From positions 1-55,778 of the IMG/VR virus record IMGVR_UViG_3300032215_000092: a stretch of 55,778 bases of DNA. One strand, given 5' to 3'. Below the pieces are notes generated by a model. It worked only from the letters and a program-made list of their open reading frames with translations, did no database searches and had not been told where the DNA came from. The translations under genes and the position numbers were made by a program. The DNA comes from a virus. Lineage: Duplodnaviria > Caudoviricetes. Below, piece after piece: positions 28,539 to 38,200 of this stretch (positions are counted from its first letter, which is position 1; each line of letters begins with the position of its first letter).

Positions 28539-28868
28539 ATGACTTACCTTGTTACTGCTAACGATGTACTATCGCAAGCCGTTGCCCCTAACTTGCCTCT
28601 TGCCCCAAACGAGTATGACCGTCGGTACGGCGATCAACTTAATAATGTACTTCGTCTATACTTTAATCAACTTGACAATATTTTAAGTCAGCTAAAAGCT
28701 AACGTGCCGGTAACGGTAGCTAACCTACCCAGCGCAGCGACCGCAGGTGTTGGGTCTAGAGCGTTTGTAACGGACTCTTCCGTATCTACATTTGGTACCA
28801 CGGTAGCCGCTGGCGGGTCAACTAAAGTGCCCGTTTACTCTGACGGCACTAATTGGAAAGTGGGTTGA
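28539..28868 (+). CDS. Small tail protein
   Basis: GGAGG RBS; 'TVANLPSA...PVYSDGTNW' short fibre-knob motif. Confidence 0.6.
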   Translation: MTYLVTANDVLSQAVAPNLPLAPNEYDRRYGDQLNNVLRLYFNQLDNILSQLKANVPVTVANLPSAATAGVGSRAFVTDSSVSTFGTTVAAGGSTKVPVYSDGTNWKVG

Positions 28869-28870
28869 GT

Positions 28871-31800
28871 ATGGGAAACTACGAAGACGAGTACAACCAA
28901 GCCCAAGAACAGACTGCGCTTGATCCGTCTATACCTGCCAAAGTTTATTCTGGGTTTAATCCCAACGCCGCAGCCGAAGCCGCGTCTTCTAACCTACCGC
29001 CCGGACCTGAATCTTGGCAAGCGGGGTACGACACCCTTCTCAAACAGATGGGTGCAATTCAAGGAACAACGGACGTTTACAAGCGTGGGTCGCCGCTTTC
29101 TGCCGATACGCACATGCAGAACATTGCCAAGTCTTTGGCAAAAGACTACGGCATTACGAATATTGGGGATATTGGCGTAAGGTACGAAACTCGTCCTGCT
29201 TATGTATCAGGAAGCGATGAATCGGCTGTTACAATTCCCGAAGAACAACTACCGGTATATTACAACAAAAATAACCCAAACATATTAATTCCCGGCTATA
29301 AATTTGCTTCTGAAAATAGAGGCGACGGGTATAGTGAATACAACCTCCAACCAGTGCCAGATGGTAAAGGCGGCACAATTGCCCTGCCGGTTCAGCAATA
29401 TAGTAAGTCTGGGTGGGGTGCATTTGCTCAAGACCTTGGGCCAATTATACCTATTATTAATTTGGCGTTGCTGGCTTCTGATATTCCACCTATCACGGTC
29501 GCGGCAGGTAACGTAGCATTCCAAGCTGGCGCTGGAAACATCAACAACATTGGAGACATATTAAAAACCGCAGCGCCCGTTTTAGTTGGCGACCCCGGAA
29601 TTCTAGGTGGGGCAGCTAAATTATATACAGCGTACCAAGCTTTTGATAAAGGCCAAGTCCTTAGTGGACTGGCTAGCCTCGCCAATGCTGCTGGAATGAA
29701 CGGGTTGGCTAATGATCTTAGATTTGCTAATGCTATAAAAACTGGAAACGTATCCGGAGCATTGCTATCCCTTAGCAACATGAAGGATCTTTTTGACAGT
29801 CCACTAAAAGATGATTTAGGGAATATACTTAAAAACGAAGATGGCGTAGTCCAGACAATAGGAAATATTAAGATTGGTGGGGAGGACGGAATTCTCCTAA
29901 AAGAAGTAGCCAAAGGTGCAGCAATTACTGCCAATCTATTGTCTGACAAACCCAATTATGGGTTGGCTCTTCAGATGGCCGGGGACCTTGCCGGTAGTAA
30001 AGACGCAATTACAGCGGGTAAAGCTTTAGGTTTAGTACAAGCAATTCAATCTAATAATCCCAGTGCCATTTATAATGCGGCTCTTAGCCTTGCTGGTCCG
30101 TTTAATAACAAAGCCCCCGGTTCAGTTCCTATTGAAAACAGAACTGCAAATGATGCTATTGCAGCGGCTGCACCTGATATTTCTGCTACGGCTAACCAAA
30201 CCTTAGCTAACACAGACCCAGTAACTAATCTCACTGCAACAGATCTTGTAGCCAGAAACGCAGGGAACCAACTCACACAAGAACAAATTGCGGAGTTAAA
30301 TGTTGCAAACGCCAATGGCCTTCTTGCATCAGACTTAGGTACGGGTGCTAAGCTAGATACCGTAAATGTTGCGGGGTCAAATCCTGCCGTAACATCAGAC
30401 CTAACAGATTTATCTACATCTCAAATCCCTGCCTCAACTTCAACAATAACTAACCTTACAGCCGCTCAAATTGCCGCGCTTACGTCTTCTCAAATCCCAG
30501 CTAGAACATTAGATACGGTAACTATTAACACATCTCAACTCCCTGCCGTAACATCAGACCTAACAGATTTATCCACATCTCAAATTCCCGCTTCAACTTC
30601 GACAGTAACTAACCTTACAGCCGCCCAGATTGCTGCGCTTACTTCTACTCAAATACCCGCTCGAACACTAGATACGGTAACTATTCGCACATCTCAAATT
30701 CCTGCGGTAACATCAGACTTAACAGATTTATCTACATCTCAAATCCCTGCCTCAACTTCAACAATAACTAACCTTACAGCCGCTCAAATTGCCGCGCTTA
30801 CGTCTTCTCAAATACCCGCTAGAACATTAGATACGGTAACTATTCGCACGTCTCAACTCCCTGCCGTAACATCAGACCTAACAGATTTATCCACATCTCA
30901 AATCCCTGCCTCAACTTCAACAATAACTAACCTTACGTCCGCTCAAATTGCTGCGCTTACGTCTAAAAAAGTATCTACGATTGCAACGCTGCCCCTAGTA
31001 ACAGTTAAAGCTACGTCAGATATTATTGGCGCAAACGACGACACACTAACATCTCAAATTGCAGCCATAACATCAGGATCGACCTCCCTTACATCTGCCC
31101 AGATCGCTGCGCTTACATCTACTCAAGTCCCCGCTGCTACATCAGGATCGACCACTCTTACATCGACTCAAATCCCTGCCGTCACAGCCGCTCCCCCCGC
31201 CTCAACAACTAGCAGCACCGTTCTAACATCCACACAAGTGGCGGCGCTTACTACAACTGACCCTCGGGGAATGATGGCCCTGCCGACATCGGATGCGCGG
31301 TATTGGCGTCAGACTGGAGCACAGGGAACTGGTGGCAAGGGTGGTGTTAGGTTCTTTGACTGGTACGACACGCCAGAAAATAGGACAATGGCCCCACCCG
31401 CCATGGCGTCAACCAGCATTCCGGCGATCACGTCTCAACAGGCTGGGGCTATTGCCCCACCCACGGCAAAACAATATTTCAATCAAGCAACAAATCGTTA
31501 TTACACAGACCCCACCGGAACATGGCAACCCCCTGCCGGTTGGACTCAAACAGGACTAAAAGGCGGTGGTGAAGTGAAGACAAAACATTTTGACGGAGGT
31601 GGTATGACTGAAGAAGAAGTCAATAACTACCTTATGTCTCTACCCAGTGACAACGCTAGCTATGGCAACGCTGATCTAAGCGGGTATCTAGCTGGGGACG
31701 TAAACCTTTTAGGAAACGACTCAAGCCAGTCTAGTTATGACGGGGGTGGGTACGGCTGGGGGTATGACGGTGGAGCTATGCCCGAGAGCGATGTTGAAAG

Positions 31801-32413
31801 TTATCTTCGCGGCCTACCCAGCGACAACGCCAGCTACGGTGGCGGTAAAGATCTTACAGAGCAATATCAGAAAGATATCAAAGATGCCGCAATCACCGGC
31901 TCTCCCAATAAATCTCTTTCTAACCCACTCAAAAGTTTAGCTGACGCAGCTAAAGCAAACCCCGATTTAACCAAAGCCTTGCTAGCCGCTGGGCTTGGCG
32001 GTCTTCTTGGCTATATAGGGCGTCCAAAAGGTTTCAATCCTAAGGGTATGCAGGGTAATAGCCTCGGCCTCACTCAAGCTCAAGTCCATGGCGCTCTCAA
32101 AGGTGTGCCGGTCAAACGTGCTGAAGGTGGTGGAATTGATGGTTATGCTGGGGGTGGTGGGCTGCACTATCTCAAGAGCGCTGAAGATGGTATGGCCGAC
32201 AAGATTCCTGCTACCATTGACAACAAGCAACCGGCGAAACTTAGCGGTGGTGAGTTTGTGATCCCTGCCGATGTGGTATCACACTTGGGCAACGGCAACT
32301 CTGAGGCCGGTGCCAAACAACTCTACGACATGATGGACCGCATCCGTCACGCCCGCACTGGTAATAAACAGCAGGGCAAACAGATCAACCCGGCTAAATT
32401 TACGCCGAAGTAA
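28871..32413 (+). CDS. Large internal virion protein (putative) with 53-aa repeats
   Basis: ATG at 28871; C-terminal 'DGMADKIPA...LSGGEFVIPADVVSHLGNG' domain; several GG motifs. Confidence 0.7.
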   Translation: MGNYEDEYNQAQEQTALDPSIPAKVYSGFNPNAAAEAASSNLPPGPESWQAGYDTLLKQMGAIQGTTDVYKRGSPLSADTHMQNIAKSLAKDYGITNIGDIGVRYETRPAYVSGSDESAVTIPEEQLPVYYNKNNPNILIPGYKFASENRGDGYSEYNLQPVPDGKGGTIALPVQQYSKSGWGAFAQDLGPIIPIINLALLASDIPPITVAAGNVAFQAGAGNINNIGDILKTAAPVLVGDPGILGGAAKLYTAYQAFDKGQVLSGLASLANAAGMNGLANDLRFANAIKTGNVSGALLSLSNMKDLFDSPLKDDLGNILKNEDGVVQTIGNIKIGGEDGILLKEVAKGAAITANLLSDKPNYGLALQMAGDLAGSKDAITAGKALGLVQAIQSNNPSAIYNAALSLAGPFNNKAPGSVPIENRTANDAIAAAAPDISATANQTLANTDPVTNLTATDLVARNAGNQLTQEQIAELNVANANGLLASDLGTGAKLDTVNVAGSNPAVTSDLTDLSTSQIPASTSTITNLTAAQIAALTSSQIPARTLDTVTINTSQLPAVTSDLTDLSTSQIPASTSTVTNLTAAQIAALTSTQIPARTLDTVTIRTSQIPAVTSDLTDLSTSQIPASTSTITNLTAAQIAALTSSQIPARTLDTVTIRTSQLPAVTSDLTDLSTSQIPASTSTITNLTSAQIAALTSKKVSTIATLPLVTVKATSDIIGANDDTLTSQIAAITSGSTSLTSAQIAALTSTQVPAATSGSTTLTSTQIPAVTAAPPASTTSSTVLTSTQVAALTTTDPRGMMALPTSDARYWRQTGAQGTGGKGGVRFFDWYDTPENRTMAPPAMASTSIPAITSQQAGAIAPPTAKQYFNQATNRYYTDPTGTWQPPAGWTQTGLKGGGEVKTKHFDGGGMTEEEVNNYLMSLPSDNASYGNADLSGYLAGDVNLLGNDSSQSSYDGGGYGWGYDGGAMPESDVESYLRGLPSDNASYGGGKDLTEQYQKDIKDAAITGSPNKSLSNPLKSLADAAKANPDLTKALLAAGLGGLLGYIGRPKGFNPKGMQGNSLGLTQAQVHGALKGVPVKRAEGGGIDGYAGGGGLHYLKSAEDGMADKIPATIDNKQPAKLSGGEFVIPADVVSHLGNGNSEAGAKQLYDMMDRIRHARTGNKQQGKQINPAKFTPK
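30383..30965 (+). repeat. 159-bp (53-aa) tandem repeat, about 4 near-identical copies
   Basis: CCTGC(C/G)GTAACATCAGAC at 30383, 30542, 30701 and 30860. Confidence 0.92.
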
Positions 32414-32422
32414 GGAAGCACC

Positions 32423-33433
32423 ATGCCAGATCCAGTAGCCACAGGCGTAAAAGAAAATACCGTATCAGACTGGGCTGCTCCCGTTGTCGGGGGCATTATC
32501 AACTCTGCGGTTGACTACGCTTCAAACCCGTATCAAGTTTACGGTGGAAAGACCGTTGCCGGTCCTTCGGCGCTTCAAAGCTCAGCGTTTTCGGGGATTC
32601 AAAATCTAACTGTGCCAAACATGGCGCAGACCAACGCTGGCACTAACATGCAGGACGTGTACAAGTCTGCGGCTACCCAGCCCGCGTACACGGGGACGAC
32701 GTTCACGTCCAATACGAAGGGGATCAACGATCAGTTTGGAGCAAACGATCTCACACACTACATGGACCCGTATCTGCAACAGATACTGAACCCCCAGCTT
32801 GCGGAAGCTAGGCGCAATGCGAATATTGAGCAGATGAAGAACAACGCGCAGTTGATCAAATCTGGCGCATTTGGTGGTAGCGGTCAAGCTCTAGCAAACG
32901 CGGAGACCAGTCGCAATCTGGGGACCAAACTTGCCGACATCACTGGCAAGGGATACGATAGCGCGTTTACCGCTGCTCAAAATCAATATAACGCGGACCA
33001 AGACCGGCTGCTTAAAGCACTGGGCGAGCAAGAAAAATCCAGTCAGTTTAAATCTAATCAAGGTCTTAACTACCTTAAACTCGCGGGCGATACGGCTCAG
33101 AACCAAGGACAGTTTGGTAACCAGCTTGCTGATCGACAGTTGGCGGCTAACCTGCGAGAAGCTGACCTTGGTAGTATCCAGCGTGATATTGAGCAGCAGG
33201 GTCTGACCTCTGACTACAACATGTTCAAAGAAGCGCGGGATTACCCTAAGAATCAGATCGACTGGCTTAATAGTGTCGTCAGCAAATATCCAATGACCAC
33301 CACTAACGAATATGGGCAGCCTACGTCTGCGGCTAACTCTATTCTTGGTGGTGCGCTGACTGGGATTGGCGCTCTTGGCAGTGCGGCTGACGCTGTTAAT
33401 AAGCTAAAGGGCGGCACTACGCCTCCGAAATAA
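32423..33433 (+). CDS. Internal virion/ejection protein (putative)
   Basis: Q/N/A-rich helical; 'YMDPY', 'GAFGGS', C-terminal Gly-rich hydrophobic segment; position after the nozzle. Confidence 0.6.
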   Translation: MPDPVATGVKENTVSDWAAPVVGGIINSAVDYASNPYQVYGGKTVAGPSALQSSAFSGIQNLTVPNMAQTNAGTNMQDVYKSAATQPAYTGTTFTSNTKGINDQFGANDLTHYMDPYLQQILNPQLAEARRNANIEQMKNNAQLIKSGAFGGSGQALANAETSRNLGTKLADITGKGYDSAFTAAQNQYNADQDRLLKALGEQEKSSQFKSNQGLNYLKLAGDTAQNQGQFGNQLADRQLAANLREADLGSIQRDIEQQGLTSDYNMFKEARDYPKNQIDWLNSVVSKYPMTTTNEYGQPTSAANSILGGALTGIGALGSAADAVNKLKGGTTPPK

Positions 33434-33442
33434 GGACTAGAT

Positions 33443-35281
33443 ATGGGACCGACACTTGAAGAAACCCGCCGTGACTTGCGGTACATGCCGACCCAGTATC
33501 TGACGCAAGTTGCTCAGAGTCCTAACGACCGGGTTATTGGCGACATTCCGCTAAAAACTTTAGCGGGGCTGGAGTTAAGCCGCCGTGCTCAGATGCAGAC
33601 TGAGATGGCTGCTATGAACGCGCCTAACGCGCAGATGCCCACGGTACTAGACTCGACCGTCCAGTCACTTAACCCACAACCCCAGCAGGGCATGCCGCCC
33701 CAACAACCGCAGCCTCAACAGGCCGCACCACAACCGCAGCCTCAACAACCGCAACCCCAGCAGCAACAGCAACCTCCTCAAGCTAAGCAACCTCCTATTA
33801 TGGGACTACCTTCCATGCAAGGGCCGAAGAAGATGGCCGGGGGCGGGATCATTGCGTTCGCTGAAGGGGACCCCGTACCACCTGCGGAAGAAGCTACTTC
33901 TCCTATTGGAGATATGCTCCGTGACCTTCTTAGAGGCCCAGAGAAAGACGGGAAAAATGCTAGGGAAATTGAGTGGGAAGCGGCGAAGACTAACCCCAAC
34001 ACTTGGTTTAATCTTACAACCGCGATGACTCCAAGCCAACGCAAGGCGGCTTCTGAAAAAGCTGCTGCTCTGCGTAAAGAAGCGGAAGGCATACGCGGTA
34101 CATCTGTGCCCCCTGCCGTTAACGAAGATGCTAAGAAAAAAGAAGGCAAACCTGATATTCAAAACGCACCCGACCCAACTAACGGCATATCCGCGCTTAT
34201 GCAGATGTTTGGTGGTGGGGGTGGGGGAGATAGCGGTATCTCTAGAGAAGAAAGCGCATTGCGTAGAAAACTTCTTGAAGGACTTGATAAGCAAGGACCT
34301 GCCCAAACAGAGTACATAGCAAACGCTAAAAGAGTGGCTAACGAGTTGGAGACCGCTCGTGCTCCTTCTTTATCGGATGCAGAACGCGATGCGTTAGAAG
34401 AAAAGCAATACGGCAAATACCAAGCTCGGTCTAAGCCTCACTTCGACATGATGCAGAAGATGATTGACGAAGAGCGGGAAGCCAACAACGCTGGTAAGGA
34501 AAGCGAAGTCTATAAGATGTTGGGCAAGATGGGCGGCGCGTTGATGTCCAGCCATGGCGCATTTGGCCCCGCGTTGGGCCGTGCCGTAGGTGAAGGTATT
34601 GACTATAGCGACAAAGCAGACGCTGCTCGTGCCGCTGCTGAACGTCTACGTCGCAGTGCTCAAATGGATCTTCTTAAAGCCCGCATGGCTGATGAAAAGA
34701 ACGATCAAAAATCGGCTCAAGATTATTTAAACGAACGCGACCGTAAACTAGAAGCCGCCTTTAAAATTAACCAAGACTTAAAGATTGGAGCCATGGGCCT
34801 CCGAGGCAAAATGGCTGATCTTGAAGCCGGAGATGAACGTAGTAGGGAACGAACTCTTGCTCAGTTGTCAGCATTAGATCAAAGACGTGAACTTAGTAAC
34901 GCACGGTCTGGTTTTGCCCGAGATTTAGCTTTGGCTAAGTACGGCGCTCAGTTGGACGCGGCTAGGCTAAAAGGACTCCCCAGCATAGCTGAACACTATA
35001 AAATGAAGGAAGAAGCTGACAGTCTGTTTGCTAATCCGTTCCAAGGCGAAGCCGCTGCATACCTTTCAAAAATAGGACCAGAAGGAGTAAATGCTATCCG
35101 AAAAGTGGAGATGATGGGGATGAAACCCCAAGAAGCTCTTAAAGACGCGGCAATTGCTTCTGCCGTTGAGAAAGCCAGAGCTGCTTACATAAATGACGTA
35201 TTAAAAAGCACTAATCGGGTCAACGCTAGTAGTTCTTCCGTGCGCGATGGTAACGAGTTGTTTGCAAACATCCCTAAATGA
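33443..35281 (+). CDS. Internal virion/ejection protein (putative)
   Basis: P/Q tract, 'MAGGGIIAFAEG', long alpha-helical region. Confidence 0.6.
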   Translation: MGPTLEETRRDLRYMPTQYLTQVAQSPNDRVIGDIPLKTLAGLELSRRAQMQTEMAAMNAPNAQMPTVLDSTVQSLNPQPQQGMPPQQPQPQQAAPQPQPQQPQPQQQQQPPQAKQPPIMGLPSMQGPKKMAGGGIIAFAEGDPVPPAEEATSPIGDMLRDLLRGPEKDGKNAREIEWEAAKTNPNTWFNLTTAMTPSQRKAASEKAAALRKEAEGIRGTSVPPAVNEDAKKKEGKPDIQNAPDPTNGISALMQMFGGGGGGDSGISREESALRRKLLEGLDKQGPAQTEYIANAKRVANELETARAPSLSDAERDALEEKQYGKYQARSKPHFDMMQKMIDEEREANNAGKESEVYKMLGKMGGALMSSHGAFGPALGRAVGEGIDYSDKADAARAAAERLRRSAQMDLLKARMADEKNDQKSAQDYLNERDRKLEAAFKINQDLKIGAMGLRGKMADLEAGDERSRERTLAQLSALDQRRELSNARSGFARDLALAKYGAQLDAARLKGLPSIAEHYKMKEEADSLFANPFQGEAAAYLSKIGPEGVNAIRKVEMMGMKPQEALKDAAIASAVEKARAAYINDVLKSTNRVNASSSSVRDGNELFANIPK

Positions 35282-38200
35282 AAATAGTAAATGTCCCCGG
35301 CGCGGGTCCGTTATCTTTCCCAGATTCGGAATCTGATGATTCAATCTATGCAAAAATTGCAAAGATTCAGGAACATTTAAAACAAGTTGATCTAGCGACT
35401 CGCCCGGACCCACGGGATATTCCTTTTAGTAGGGTTGCAAGTAACGCCTTCAACCGTACCGGCAGGGGGCTGGGGATCACGGCTTTCAACGAGCTACCGG
35501 CTCTTGGCGCATCTTTATTTGGTGAAGATGAAACCGCTGCTAGGTTGTTAGACGAAGGCATAGCTAAACGCCGAGCCCTTGAAGAAAAGTACCCAACGTC
35601 CCAAGCATCTTTTGAAGGTATTCGTGGGCTATCTGATACGGGTAAGTTTTTACTTGAGTCTGGCGTAGAAGCCGTACCAACTGTAGCTGCTATTGCGGGA
35701 ACCGGCGGCATCGGTGCTCTTGCTGGACGTGGGGCTGCTAAGTATGGGGTTGAGGCGGCACTTGCTCGTGCTGCGGCACAACGGGGTGTAGGTGTAGAGG
35801 CGGCTGAAGCAGCCGCCGCCGCTGCTAGATCTAAAGCTACTCAGACTGGTCTTGATGTGGGCCTTGGCGCGGGTAGCTTTGGTCTCAACGCGCCTGAAAC
35901 TTTTGCTGGCGTTTACGAAGAGACTGGCAAACTTGCGCCCGGAACTGCCATAGGTATTGGTGCGCTCAAAGCCGCACTGGACGGCGTTCTTCCAGCCCGA
36001 TTGTTAAATCAATTAGGAGCGCGTGGTCAAGCTAAATTAGCGGAAGAGATCGCCTCGCGATCCACCATCGTGCCGGATAGTTTTAAGTTACGGCTTGCTA
36101 AAGAAATTGGTAAGACTGCCGCCACCGAAGGGGTCACTGAAGGCGTTCAAGAAGCGTTGGACATCTTTGCGGAACAACTTTCTGGCGCTCCGGGTGGATT
36201 TTCCGATCCTAAGAATGTAGACCGGATGTTGTTGGCTGCTGCTAAAGGCGCAATTGGCGGTACGACTATTGGTGCTCCGGGCGCTCTGGTGCAAACCATG
36301 CGGGAGACTCCTGCGAAGCAACCGGAATATAGCCTCGACGAAACCAAGAAAGCTGACTCTGTTGGCCCCGGCCCTGCTGAGAATCTTGCAGCGGCCATGG
36401 CTAAGCTCAAGAGCACGGAAGGTATTACCGAAGATGAGTTCAACCTGCTCGTTGAAAACAAGGTACTCACCCCTGAATCAAGAGCTTCGGTAAAATTTGC
36501 CGCCCCCAGAACTGACCCAGCTCTAGAAGAACAAACCAACCAAGCTACTCTTGAGGACGCCGCGCAGGCCGACCAAGTAGCCCAAGCCGCCGCAGCGCAA
36601 GCTAGCCTTCAACAACAGCAGCAACAGAACCAACAGGCTCAACAGCAGCAAGAGCAAGCTCAGCAGCAGCAACAGCAGAACCAACAGCAGCAAGCTCAAG
36701 AAGCCGCTGACCTTCAAGCCAAACAACAGGCTGCTTCTGAAGCCGCCATGGCTCAGCGGGAAGCCGAAGCCCAAGACCGAGCCGCAGCAACGCAACAGGC
36801 CCAACAAAATGTCCAGCCAAACGCCCAACCTAACGTCCAAGCCGACGCAACACCTGCTCCAACTGTCAATCCCCCAAGTGGAGCAAGCACTGCTGTATCT
36901 AGCGAACCCGGAGCAGGGGTACCCCCCGCAGGAGTTGCAACATCTCCACCCCCTAGAGTGGCACCTGCTGAACAACCTTCTCAACAAGTTGGAGTGGGAG
37001 AAACAGCGCAACCCCATCCAGTAGCCAAGCCAAACCAGCCGTTCTACGATAACAGAAGAATCATGGTTGTCGCGGATGTAAATGGTACACGCGTGCCATT
37101 TTATCTAAGCACTGGCAGGGGGAATAAACAGACCGTTCCTTCGGGTAAGTGGTATCCGTTTTTTGGCTACGGTAAAGATGGCTGGATCAACAAGGGCACT
37201 GAAGAAGACATCAACAACTTCTATGGTAGTCCCGCACTAAAGGCCAAAGCTGAAGAACTAAACTCCACGTTGGGAGACATTCGCCACCTTGATCCCGCGA
37301 AAGGCGACTTGCCATTTGCTTGGGATGGGGTATCTCCGATTGCAGATTGGAGAAAATCAAACTCGTTAGTAGTTAATCCTAATGAAGGTTTTACTCCAGT
37401 AAATTACGACGACGTACATGAGCAAGGCAACAAAAGATATTGGGACAACATACTAGGCACGATCTCTAAAGTTGAAAGGGTTCCGCTTGAGGAAGCCGTA
37501 AACAAAGTAGAAAGTAAACTTGAATCTAAGCCAGCCCAAGTAACCGAAGAAGGAGCTTACGAACCCGTCAACGATCAGTTCTCCATTCCTAGGGAGGAGT
37601 TTGCTCGCGCGTTAGGTATAAAATCCCACGGTAAAACGTGGATGGCTACGGAGCACAACGCTGAATTGGAAAGCGCCGTCATAAAAGGCGACATGCCCGC
37701 AGTGATAAAGGCCCTGCTGGGCAGCAAGCACCCCGTGGTCAGAGACATTGCTCGACGTGCTCAAGCGATGGAGCGGTTCATACCTTCAGAGCGGGTAAAA
37801 GTTAAGCTCGACGATGGAAGGCTTCGTGAGCAAGAAGATTTTAAAGGGTATCCCCCCGGCTCTATTGCCGGGATGTTTGACAGCGGGCCAAACACGGTTT
37901 TTGTCAACCCCGTCTATGCGGGAAGTGAGCATACGATTGCCCACGAAATTGTCCATGCCCTGACGGAAAGAATAATCAAGACCCCTATTCCCGGCAGACA
38001 GCTTGAGGCGGTTAACCGCCTGAAGAAGTTGTACAAGGACGTACTTGCTAAAGCTGAAGCGGTCTACAAAACCAAGAACATCAAGGAACTTCCCTACGGG
38101 TTAAAGTCTCCATCAGAGTTTTTGGCTGAAGGACTTAGCAACCCTGAGTTCCAGTACCTCCTCGCTGCGCTGCCTCATGAAAGCAAGACTTCGTTGTGGA

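Noticed and set aside
33670-36830. Poly-Q/P tracts at 33670-33790 and 36600-36830 as DNA microsatellites
   Set aside because: Mixed CAA/CAG codons indicate ordinary low-complexity protein linkers
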